Positions 53,091 to 64,000 are shown, numbered from the stretch's first letter. The stretch is DNA of 64,000 nucleotides from Takakia lepidozioides (GCA_030704615.1 CM060731.1:78368001-78432000), one strand, 5' to 3'. Notes: generated by a model not told the origin, from the letters alone. A program made the numbers and translations.

Positions 53091-56063
53091 AGCCCATAAT
53101 TGCACTTACCTAGAGTAGGCAATGAGTGAAGACGGGGTTTGTGACTCCATACACCCCAATTTGGCAGACAAGTCCACAAGGGCATAGTTCATAACAACAT
53201 TTGTTTAATTCCAGCTTGGACGAGGATGATGATCCCAGGATATGCACAACAACGGCACGGGATGGAGGCCCTTTGGAGAGGTCTATGAGCAAGTGGTGTG
53301 GGAAGGGATACTGCAGCGCAACCACATCGCGTTTGTTACATTTGCAACATGTGTGCAAGCCTGGCAGCCCTGCAAAATAGCAAAGAGGTTTGTGGTGGAA
53401 TTGTACTAGATGTCGATCTGAACTTTGACATGATGCCAATGTGACAACAGGAAAGTATCCAGAAACAGGTCACAGAGACGAGGAGAAGTTGTGGAATGGT
53501 GGGACAACCGAGGGAAAAAGGTGCATGTTAGATTATAGAGGGCAGACACAATTCAGCATAGGAACTAGTGTGATAAGCTGAGTTGGGTGTTTCCTAGAAC
53601 AAATGTAGGCTGTCATTATCAGCTGCAAGGCAAGGAAGTATGCATGATTTGTGCAGAAGCAGTGATAGCTGAAAGAGCAGGGATAGAGTATGGGTCCAGA
53701 TTCATCCAAGAGGGCCAGATTTCAAGCACATGATTACCTATGATTACCTGTGGATTTAGCTATAAGAAACCTGCATGGGTAGATGGTGAACTGGAAGCCG
53801 CAGGAGTAGCGGCACAATTGATAAAATCAAGCACTGCTAATAAAGGCACCTTCTTCAACACATTTCACCCTGTTTTTCCCTCTTATCAGAACCGGCCCTA
53901 AATTTCAATGTCTGCAAGTTAGCTCGTTGAGTGAATCTAGTTTGGAGTGACTTTGACATGATATTGCCAATGTGACAACAGGAAAGTATCGAAAAACAGT
54001 TAACGGAGATGAGGGGAAGCTGTGGAATGAATACTTTTCTGACCCCAGTCAATGGTGGGACAACCGAGGCAAAAAGGTAAATGCATGTTGGATTACAGAG
54101 AGTAACAGATGCAATTGAGAATAGGAACTAGTGTGGTAAGTTGAGTTGGGTGTTTGCTGGAACAAATGTAGGCTGTCATTGTCAGCTGCTAACAGCAATG
54201 CAAGGATATATGCAAGATCTATGCAGAGGCATGGATAGCTGAAGGAGCAGGGATAGAGTGTGGGTCCAGATCATCCAAGAAAGCCGGATTTCAAGCTCCA
54301 GATTACCGATGATTCCCTGTGGAAGGATAGCTACAAGAAACCTGCATGGGTAGATGGTCATGGGTAAATGGTAGATAGTTTGGAGTGACTTTGATATGAT
54401 ACTGCCAAAGTGACAATAAAAAAGTATCCATAAACAGGTAACAGTAGCAGATGCAATTCAGCACATGCACTAAGGCAAACTCTCCTTCCCCGTAAGGGTG
54501 TGTTTTGGTATCTGAGCGAATAAATATTTTATCTAAGAATATAATTTCAAAAATTTATTATTTAATAATGTGTCACTGTCCCATGTTGGTCAGTAATAAT
54601 AATTATAATAACAAATAATTATAATAATTATTTTAGTAATTATAATAACAATAAAGTAAATCTACAACCCCCAACAGCGACGCGTGTCAATTGACATGAG
54701 GAACCACGTGTCAAAATCACGATGCGACACATGCTGACGTCTGATTCCCTCCTCTGCAGTCGGATGGCGTCGCAGTCTGACACGTGGCGTGTTCTGTAGA
54801 GAGCACGTGTCTCTATTACACAGCGGCTGACATGGACCCGTTCAGTCATTCAGTAATGCCAGCGTGTATGACTACCCCCACAGCTGCTCTGGCGCCACGT
54901 GACAGCCAGCCTGGAGAGTCATATCTGCCATGTCACAACTGACTAGGTCTTTCCGTCTGCAGAGTCAGGAAGTCGTAAATGGCTTCCATGACTGCATTTG
55001 CAGTCATAACACAGAGACGTAAAAGCCGCAATTTGTTGTAGTGCCTCCAAGGCCACCCCTCAAGAATGACATGTATCTGGTTTGCTGCTGCAGAGCACGG
55101 ATAATGTCATCGGCCGTAGCCGCATACAAATCTCTTCCTTTTTTGCCGGATTGCTGCAACCACGCATTGTGCACTGTCTCCGCTAGATTGCAAGACGGCA
55201 TGTCCGCCATCTCCTCAATGGACATATGCTGCAAGGCAAAAAAACACAAAGCCGATATTAGGATGGGACCCTGAAAGATATATCCGAAGCACCCAAAGGA
55301 AGGTGAATGCAAACCTCACCGTTGTCATGGCCGCTCCCCACTGTCGGTAACGGAAGTGCCAAAATGCGAACCAGTCTTCCAGTGCCCTCATGTTGTCCTC
55401 CGATGTCGCTCTAGATGAGTACCACCAGGCACGAATTGTCTGGAATAATGTATTCGCTTCCCCCATAGTTTTGGCGTCTTTGTACTGTTTGCACAGTTGA
55501 CGATGCATACTCTGCATATTTGGCTTGATGTCTGTCTTTGTGTGTTTGTCCAAGGATAGTGTCCAATGGAAAAGACACGTACGTTCTCTTCCAGGCATTG
55601 GCACTTTTGGATCTCCCGTCCCGAATACAATGCGGACAGCGTTGAAGTTAGTTTGAGCACTGTCGGCCATGAAACCAACAAAATTGGGAGATGGGAGACC
55701 ATTGGAGGCCATAACACGAATAAAAGCTTCCCACATGAGCTGTTGTGAATCTGTGTCCTCTGACTGCATGTCACACACTGCAATTGTCATGACACGCTGG
55801 TACACAGGGTCGTAAACATGACATGCCATTGTGGTCCAGTCTTTAACCCTCTAGACGTGATCGAACATAAGGAAGTAGTTGCCTAGATCGCCACCCTTGT
55901 CAACGCAAGGTTGATTCGAGTGCAGCATCTGCACTCGTTTCATGCCCAGAATATACACTTTGGAGGTCGACATCAACCTTGTGTTGACGCAAGGTTGATG
56001 TCGACCTCTCTGATTAGCATGGAACAGACAAAAACAAAAAAGGGAAAAAAATGGTTGATAGTC

Positions 56064-56431
56064 ACCTCCGGTTTCTTCTTTACACTTGATGATGCTCCTG
56101 AGGCATTCAACTTTTCCATGAGGTCTGGAGGCAGCATGCTTCCAAGGAGGTCCCGGTGGTGCGAAACAACGGCAGACGGCATGGTTTCTGTGTCCATCTC
56201 TCCTCCCTGCTCTCTCAAGACCTGGTTCTCCACTCGCAGTGCTTCCTCCCGAGCCGAGCTGACTTCCTCGTCCTCCCCCCTTTCTATTGGAGGTTGCTCT
56301 TCGGTCACCTCCGGAATCACTTCAAGACCTTCCTCTCCAAACAGTGGTTGCAGAATCGGGTTTTGGCGTTCGTCCTCATCTCCGCCGGAGGTTTCTTCTC
56401 CCATTCTAAGTTCCCGTCTCGCCTTCCTCAT
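56064..56431 (-). pseudogene. Probable first exon of the ParB-MTase gene of copy B
   Basis: Acidic low-complexity exon ending KKKPE|gt (compare KPKKVP|gt in C and PKGPK|gt in A); upstream TT(T/C)ACTTC motif in all three copies; followed by an intron containing palindromes. Confidence 0.55.
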
Positions 56432-56886
56432 CCTCTCCTTAGCGCGTACCCTTTGCTTGTTTGATGTGAAGTAAAGTGTTCTTCGACGTTTTCTTCTCCC
56501 TCAGGATGTGGTCACCGTCTCTACAGAATCCAGGGTTGCAAGGACAATAAGGAGAAGAAGGAAAAAAAGGGGCTACGGTGGGTTCACCGCAATGCCTTCC
56601 ACGCCAAGATGATCGCTCGGAACGACCTGTGTGCCACATGCTCATTCCACATGCATGTCGAACACGTGTCCATCTAACTGTTATGAATATCTCCGGAAAT
56701 CATTTTTTTCTCATCCACCGAAATTCGTTCGGGTCCACCTCTCATCCGAAAAAGTTCATTGTTGAGTAATAGCTTTTGGGATGTTTCAGAGGAATGTGAA
56801 GTATGTACAGTTGTACAGCGGTGCAGGTGCCGTTAAAATTGAATGGAAATGGGCATCTCATCTGGAATCTTTGACATGACAGGCAA

Positions 56887-57508
56887 ATGGCGGCCCTGTT
56901 AGTCAATCTTGCTGAGTTGGTTGTCCAATGCATTGGTGGGGCACCTATGAGAAAACAGTTGGATTCTTTGATTAGGGCTGACATTATCCACTCCGCATTT
57001 GGGCACTCTGCGACCATCCACTTGGATCGCATGGGGACATATTTCTATGATGTGCCGAACCGCGTTAGGAGACCTGCAAGCGGAAGCGACACCTGCAATT
57101 GTGTGTAAGGACGTCTTCTATATAGCCAAAAAACAAATGGAACTCTATTGCTTGAAATGGAAGTGTACGATGCCAATGGAAAACTGCTCAAGTACGCGTT
57201 CCAGAAACCTTCGCATACTGCACCAACCACACAATGGAGAGTGACTCCTGGCAGATACAGGGTGCTCAGTGCTCCTCGGAGACAATCTGCAGGATCGTTC
57301 GTTACTCCTGGCACGGCAGCATCAGTGGCCCAGGAGAAAACACCCGTGGTTGTCAAGAAGAAGTCAAGTACCGTTAACACTGTAGTCATCCTCCGATGAC
57401 GCCTGTGAAATACAGCCCGTGGATCAGCCATGTCCACATCAGGAAGCAGATGTGGAGGAGATCACCAGTGTCATTCCTAAACTGAAAGCCATGGGTGGGA
57501 TGGCAGCA
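56887..57508 (+). pseudogene. Putative N-terminal part of the MULE transposase gene, cut by insertion of copy C
   Basis: LLEMEVYDANGKLLKYAF is homologous to the 9886 ORF of copy A and occupies the same divergent position; contains stops. Confidence 0.55.
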
Positions 57509-58533
57509 GGGATGCCTCGGCGTGAGCCTGGTCACGTGAGCGCGTGAGCGCGACTGCACTCACGCCACGTCACTTTGCGCAAATGCCACGTCACGGGGCT
57601 CAGTCCACGTCATCACACGTGGAGGCCGAGTCACCACGCACCCAGAAAGAAGTGGAGTGTATTCCCGCGGATTGGCACCCTTTACCGCGGAAACAAGCTG
57701 GACGACATAATAAAAGGCATTGAATAAATGACGGATGAATGTACAGTTGGATGATAAACAGATGGATGAGTTTGAAAAATCTATGTAGATGGATGAATAA
57801 CGGATGGATAAGAGTAAAATGGATGAATGTATAATGGATGTTGAGCAATGACAAAAATTCATGACAGGAAGATGCATGACCAAATCTTTTGACGAATGCA
57901 CAAAGTATATGAAATGAGTGTGGAAGGTTTGTGGGGTGGATTAAAGAGTACAGAGGATGAATGTACAATGGATGTTGTACAAAGGAAGCTTTCATGAATG
58001 GAGCACGCATGAATACAGTGTAGATGAATGCACAATGGATATGAGAAGAGTCAGGAAGGTTTGTGAGATGGATTCATACATATAGCAATTTAAACGAAAG
58101 TTGATTCTGTGATTATTATTTGTTCTAAAGGAACAACTACGGTAGAGTAAGGGGATTCAACGTTTTCCAGATAATATGAAAATGAATATTAAAAGAATAC
58201 AGTTCAGTCTGACTCAGAGTCAGTACAATGTATCCCCTCTTCCTCTGCATCTAAGTCTAAGTATTTTAGAACACCGGATCCACGCTGGATACACCTACGG
58301 CTGGCCACTAAAAAGTCAGGGGATAGGGACTCGGACGCGTGAAGTGCCATTGCTTCGGCATAAACAGGGAGCAGAAAATTGGAAAGGGGGCTGTCGAAAA
58401 CAGACTCGCCAGAAATGACTGTATCTCCTGAAGATCCACCGCTGGCTTTCCTGAAAGACAGCCTGAAAAAGTTATTACTGTAACTTTGATGTTATCGAGA
58501 AATTGAGTATGACTCCCAAAGAGGGTTTAGCAC

Positions 58534-61500
58534 TTACTCACATGAAAAGTCGTTGTCGACCTGCTTATCTTCGGGATCGTCATCATTTCGAATATGAATC
58601 CGATCAGTCTGTGTGCCTGAAGTGGAGCCAGACAAAAGGGGGAGGAGCACTGTGTTGTAGAGGTCAGAATCACCCTCCATACCAAAAAGGCTTCTTCCGC
58701 CTGCCTTGCATGCGTGGTAAGTTGCTCCTGCACCAGACAGGAGAACATAAGCAGTTTGGAGGAGGGGATTTAAGCAGATGAAACTGTTGAAAGGAAACCA
58801 ATTCGGAAGGGAGAAAACGAACCTGTGGACACAGAAAGATCGACCACCCGTGCAGAGCGGTGGCTGCATGACTCCAGCAGTATTTGCATGAATGCTGGTG
58901 ACTTTTCCTTTGCACCTCTCCAGGGAGTGCCATCTGGTCTCTTCAGAGTCTGACTGGACTGCATGAAGTTGTACAAAATGTCATCGACATGGGGCTCATA
59001 GGGGGGGTTGACGAAACAACCCTGGTCAGAAATCTCAAAGCTGCGGATGGAGGATGGTGTCTTTGATGTGCGAATCCTCCGCAGGCAGATCGCCTCGAAC
59101 ATCCTCGTCTGCCAAAGATAGCAGGTTAGTGTGGTAAACACAATCTAAAGTGGAAGTGTGTACATCGGCTATTCAGAACTCTGACACCAAAAAACCATGA
59201 ATCGTTGATGATCGGTGTCGATCATAAAACATTCTACTAGAGTGGAGCTGCAGAGAAAATTGAAACTCATGATCAAAGCATAAGCAGAAGGCAGACGGCA
59301 TACCAGCTGACCAGGGAAACCCCCTTTCACAAGGTAGAGGCTGTTCACACAATTCCATGTGCGCAAAACTTCAAACCCTGAAGACTTGAGGTATGATGCC
59401 AATGCCCGACGACTATCATTGTCACATGACTGAAAAAGCAGAAGTGTCCCTGCATCAGAGAGGAAATTGTTACAGAACCCGAATACCCAACTCCAGTAGT
59501 TGTCCTCGAATTTGTTCCACCCTGGCGTCTTGCCCTTTGGAAGAACTTCTGGCACAGCCTGGCCATCCGGGATGTCGAGAATGACAATGTCGGCCGCATA
59601 AGTTTTCTGCACACCGCACACGAAGGTGGGACCTGTGCTCACCTGCAACAGACATGTTTTTTATAAGAACGATGGCAAGAATGTTTTCAAAGAACGAGAC
59701 TGAAATACTGCCAACGAAACATTCAGAGAAAAAGGAAAGAAAGTGGAATTCTCACCAGATTGAGGAATGAGATTATATTGTCCCAGGTAGGGGATGGCAC
59801 CCCAGTGTATCCTCTCTTTCGACTCTGCATCATCGAAAGCCAACCCTCATTAACAATTTTCATCTCTCCTGCTGAATCAGAACGGGAAGGGTGTGGCTTG
59901 GCATCGAACACGCACTGAAGAGTGCGGGTATATCTTCCAGCACTAAAGTCCTGCCCACTCTCCATCTCCTTTTCATTCTCCTTCCCCTTGTCCTTTTCCT
60001 TCTCTTTGGACTTGTCTTTGTCCTTTGGCTTTGCTGGTGAGATGGCTATGACATCAACAGCCTTGTCTTTTGGTTTGCGGCCCGCCTTCTTTCCCTTCTG
60101 CGGCGTTCCCTGAGCATCAGGCTCCTTGGCAGCCAAGGTTGCTATGTTTCGTTGATACTCTTCGTCAGTCAAAGGCGCCAGCATCTCAGCGTTATTGTTC
60201 AAGTATTTCATATGCTGTTCTTGAAAGGTCGTGTGCTCAGGTGGGCAGTCAAGGTACCACCCACAGTCTCTGAAGTGAGAAGGACTCCAGTCCTTCAATA
60301 TCCCTGCAGTATACATGGTTGGATCGTTTGCAGGGTCCGACCACATGTCAAGATAGTCGGGAATTCCGCTCAGGTGATTTCCTTCCATAAGCACATATTT
60401 CGTGTACCTGAAAAAAGGAGATGAATCCCAACCCACAAAAGCGCTCAGTGAGTAAGATGCAAGTAGAACAGAAAGAATAAAACATGGATTGAAATGGCTC
60501 TGACAACTGCTCCAAGGACCTTTCAGGACCACACTACTGCTCCAGATATGAATGTCGTCAACGCCATTCAGAACATTCCATTCCATGACACTGTAAATAC
60601 ATCCTAATCCAGGTGAATGCAAATAAGCGATTAGAAATGACACAGACATAGAAGTGAATGTCGTCAACGACATTCAAGAATGAAGCCAAATTATTACTGA
60701 AATGAAGCAAAATCACAGGATGGAAATAAAAAAATTGAGTAAGGAACCATCCAGGAAAACTCAATGCACATTCATAACGAACCTATCACTGAGGACCTCA
60801 CAACATCACTGTATGTGAATGGCGTCAACGCCATTCACAAAAATACAAAAAAGAAACCAATTACTTAGCTCCCCAATCCATGAAAATTGAATTTGTCGTT
60901 TTTGAATAATACAGACACAGCTGTGAATGTCGTCAACGACATTCACTTTGGATTTCTTAAAACAGAGCTTATCAAGCCTCCATATTCATCGCAAGAGGAA
61001 AAAACAATGCAGAACAACTGAATGTCTGCATTGACATTCAGCAAAATGAAGTGATCAACCCTCATTGTAACCTCTATGGACATTACAAAAATTTAAATAA
61101 CCTTGAGGACCACACAACAACTCCGTATGTGAATGTCGTCAACGCCATTCAAGGACATTATCAATTCTAATCAGGGACAATATAATTGCACCCTTAGATC
61201 CTAACCAGGTGAATTCATATACTCGCTTAAGAATGACTCAGACAAAGAAGTGAATGTCGTCAACGACATTCAATCTGGATCTAAGATTGCAATCCATATG
61301 AAGCCACAATTTTTCCCAAAAAAACAGTAGAGTTTCAAGTATGACATTTCACCTGTACACAACTCGCATCATGGCCCACTCTCCTCCAACCTGACTGTCA
61401 AAGTCGTTGGACCGTAAAATGTTACCATCTTTGGAGAACTCCCGGAAAAAACAGTATCTCCAGGTGAGACCTCTCCACTTCCTTATGTATGCCTCCAATG

Positions 61501-63841
61501 ACATTTGGGGAGGGGAAACAATCGCAATGTTCAGGTCCTTCAAAGTCTGATCCAGCACAATGACGGCGCGCTTTTCGAGCTGCAAATAGTATATTTGTCA
61601 GAATTGCAAAAAAGAAACACATCACATACTTGAAGAGAAGAAACAGCATGTTCGAATACACACCTGACTCCAAAATGTAGCCTTGTGGAGCCAGTTATCA
61701 AACACCAAATCACTGATTCCTTCCACCTTTGTGCCAGGCTGTATGGTGCTCTTTGGGAACTGATTCAAGTCCTTTACTGTTTGATCTGAGTTCCATATCT
61801 CCAGCCACCTTATTTTTGTTTGTGGGTCGACCATCGATATGGCCAGCCGGTGCAATTTCTCCTGCTGCATCTCCGGATGCACATGCTTGTCATAGTGTGT
61901 TTTGATCTGCTGAAGGAACTCAGGACCAAGTCCAGGATCTACTATTCTAAGCTGCTTTCCGAAGGCTGACATCAATTTGGTTCTTCGCATCTCAAACTCC
62001 TTCTTTATTGCAGCTTCCACACCCTTTGATGTCCTTAGTTCCTCTGGTGTAGTGCGGTAATATTCGGATTTTCCCTTCTCAGCTGCCTCTGCCAGTTCTT
62101 GCTGCATTCATTCAAGTAGTGATTAGCTCCGAAGGGACTCTAAACATGTATTCGAAAAGTAAACAGATTACAGACTCGGGCTTACCGCATACATGTACTC
62201 CAGAAACGCCTCTCGTGTCAAAGAATACCAAGTGCCTGCAGCTCTTCCTGTTTCGCACTTCTTGATGATATTGGGTGGTAGTACTGTCCGAAAATCATCC
62301 AGCTTCATCAGACCAATCCTCTGAATTCGGAATAGTGTGTGAACCAAGCTTGTTGTCACATGCGATTTCTCTGTCGATCTGCAAAAACATTGAAAACATT
62401 GCATTCCTTAACACTGTTTTTTGAGGATCAACAAGACACTACAGAGGGAATCAAATCTCCTGGATGACTTACTTGTTCACGTCGTGCATAGCTGTAAGAA
62501 GCCTAGCGATGTCGTTTCCTGGATCCAAAACCATTGCCTCCACAGCAACATGCTTGTCTTTGTCTTTCGAATGGTGTTTCTGAATGTATCCCATCCATGC
62601 CAGCAATCGGTGGTTGCCGTCCCAGACGTAGAACATGTGGTTGCAAAATTGCTGGGTGTTCTTTCCCATCATGAGGCCCAGCTCGAACTCCTCATTGGCA
62701 TCTTTCCAGCACTCATCCCAGTTATCACTGATCTCTGGAGAAACTAATGTGCTTTTCCCATTTATATCCGTCAGTGACACATAAAAAACTTGTGCACCAA
62801 GTCTATATCCATGCACAAAATCACTCTCCAATTTTGTTATGTCATGGGAAAGAGGTGGACGCACAACAGGCATTGATATCATCCGGCACAGAGGTATGTC
62901 CAGACGCCCTCCAGATACGAGCATGTCCCTTATAACCTCCTGAGAGTTTACCTTCTGGAATGACATGAGTTCTTTCACCTTGTCAAGGTAGTGCACTTCG
63001 GATTCATCTGCTTCATCTGTATTCTCTGAGCTTTTTGCGGACTCGTCCCCATCTCCAGATCCTTTCCCCTCTGATCCTGTAGGCTTCGACCTCACAGTTT
63101 TCTGCACGATGCCATTCAGTTCTGACTAAGTGATTTGCAAATAGTGAATGGCGGTAACGACAATCACTCTGTATCAAGGAAACTCACCATGAATGGTGTG
63201 AAAGAATTCAGCACAATCTACACATGCAAAGCCGAGACTGCCGTATTCAAAACAAAAGTGAGAGCGATAGCGAACGGCGTTAACGACAATCACAAAAGAT
63301 AACAACCTGCCGGATCGGTGTTGTGTAATGACATATATGTGCAACTGATTGGCGGCAACGACATTCAGTGTAGTTTAGGGAGAATAGTAAGTGCAGACTC
63401 TCTCTTCAAACACATAGGTACATAAATCTCATGAGCAGAATCGAATGGCGTTAACGACGCTCGCGATTCAGTAGTTCCTGCTAAAGAATGGAAGAGGAAG
63501 GACTCCTTGAAAGGCAATCACACAGACTATATGATAAAACTTACTGGCACCTTCTTAGGTTTTGAAATTTGATCCCCTTCTGCAGCTTTCCTCTTCCCTC
63601 TCACATCTGCTGGAGTTTCTGTCTGCGCAAGGGTTTCTTGACCTTCTTCAGGTTCGGCGTTCCGCGTGCTTCCACCTTCTTCAGTGTCCCTGCGATTCAT
63701 CTCTGCCTCCACAGGCTGGCGCACTCTTATCGCCGACTGTGTCGCAGCCGCTGCCTCAGTCTCCGTCTGCTCTTGTGAATCAGTCTCCGCGTTCACCTGC
63801 TGCCTTGGCCCTGTGTTCTCCAACAAACGACGCCTCGTCAT
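58534..63841 (-). CDS. ParB/Srx-fold + beta-class DNA amino-methyltransferase-like fusion protein, ~1084 aa, 9 exons
   Basis: Exons 63841-63545, 63101-62473, 62378-62186, 62101-61664, 61579-61353, 60407-59756, 59642-59304, 59108-58823, 58727-58534; GT-AG introns, compatible phases, total 3255 nt with no internal stop. Motifs VRPPLSHDITKL, YVWDGNHRLLAW, ADIVILDIPDG, EKSPAFMQILLESCS..ARVVDLSVSTGATYHACKAGGRSLFGME. Confidence 0.85.
60549..61273. repeat. Intron-5 array of palindromes GTGAATG(T/G)CGTCAACG(A/C)CATTCA(C/A) (copy C type)
   Basis: Copies at 60549, 60654, 60815, 60923, 61129 and 61250; variant at 61018. Confidence 0.95.
63144..63464. repeat. Intron-1 array of degenerate copy-C palindromes
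   Basis: GTGAATGGCGGTAACGACAATCAC (63144), GCGAACGGCGTTAACGACAATCAC (63270), CTGATTGGCGGCAACGACATTCAG (63345), TCGAATGGCGTTAACGACGCTCGC (63441). Confidence 0.8.
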
Positions 63842-64000
63842 TTTCTCTCTTGCTCTGCGTCTCTCTCTAAGGGAAGTAAAATAAAGAGACTTTCTTCTCT
63901 TTCGTATTCTAGAAGGAACCCTCTCCAGCTTGACTACCACTCTCCCTCTAAGCGCGAAAAGTAGAAAAACGCAGTGACTCTCGATTTCTTGCGGGATTGC

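Larger units (their letters stand above)
50380..55043. mobile_element. Non-autonomous CACTA (En/Spm) element carrying host-gene fragments (Pack-CACTA)
   Basis: TIRs CACTACAACAGATTGCGGCTTTTACG / CGTAAAAGCCGCAATTTGTTGTAGTG; 3-bp TSD CCT (50377-50379, 55044-55046); removing it restores the transposase frame LGGKGPDRRKLMLQA. Confidence 0.95.
49182..55903 (-). pseudogene. Mutator-superfamily DDE transposase with C-terminal SWIM finger, split by a CACTA insertion
   Basis: FLMFDHV*RVKDWTTMACH (D1); GFMADSAQ (D2); CLFHW (CxxH); NLAETVHNAW (E); SWIM CICPDF...PCKHLYFV; in-frame stops at 55851-55853 and 49530-49532. Confidence 0.9.
48536..57508. mobile_element. MULE copy B (rearranged; interrupted by a CACTA element and by copy C)
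   Basis: Terminus ACGACGCTACCGCGTGAGC and CCTATAACCGTGGG shared with copy A; DDE/SWIM transposase on -; first exon of the second gene on -; putative transposase N-terminus on +. Confidence 0.8.
57509..64000. mobile_element. MULE copy C (continues beyond the window)
   Basis: Terminus GGGATGCCTCGGCGTGAGC; GCCACGTCA repeats, then GGATGAAT repeats as in copy A; contains the intact ParB-MTase gene. Confidence 0.8.

Noticed and set aside
59661-59843. Apparent frameshift in exon 6 of the ParB-MTase gene
   Set aside because: The main frame stays open to a phase-0 donor (CTG|GTGAGA at 59756) matching the next acceptor
60549-61273. Palindromic repeats with spacers as a CRISPR array
   Set aside because: Eukaryotic intron; spacers are ~70-140 bp, irregular and partly homologous to each other; no cas genes
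58534-63841. Bacterial or phage contamination explaining the ParB and MTase domains
   Set aside because: The gene has spliceosomal introns and sits among plant transposons and genes
48536-64000. One single element with the transposase and ParB-MTase in tandem on the - strand
   Set aside because: A new terminus at 57509, different palindrome types on either side and the divergent layout of copy A indicate separate nested copies

Overview
Eukaryotic, intron-containing DNA from a land plant, probably a non-seed lineage (inferred from PLS/E-class PPR debris, PIN, TROL and short introns). The central ~29-41.5 kb holds ordinary host genes: TROL/STR4, a mitochondrial NFU scaffold and a GH20 beta-hexosaminidase. 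Nearby are two RMA/RNF5-type RING genes, a decayed PIN and a partial TROL duplicate. Both flanks are transposon-rich: a chromoviral Ty3/gypsy 3' half, a probable Helitron, copia fragments, tRNA-derived SINEs, a piggyBac-like MITE, a Pack-CACTA and a Crypton/DUF3504-like tyrosine-recombinase relic. The main discovery is three related Mutator-like (MULE) elements (A ~5978-10664, B ~48536-57508, C 57509 to beyond the window end) sharing a GGGATGC-N4-GCGTGAGC-like terminus. The inferred family layout is a DDE/SWIM transposase transcribed divergently from a second gene. In copy C that gene is an apparently intact 9-exon ORF (~1084 aa by my splice model) fusing a ParB/Srx-fold domain (YVWDGNHR) to a beta-class DNA amino-methyltransferase-like domain. 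Each copy carries non-coding arrays of its own 22-30 bp palindrome around a common GTYRAC core. Together these suggest a transposon-encoded ParB/parS-like self-recognition and DNA-modification system. All calls come from reading the sequence by eye; no database searches were run.
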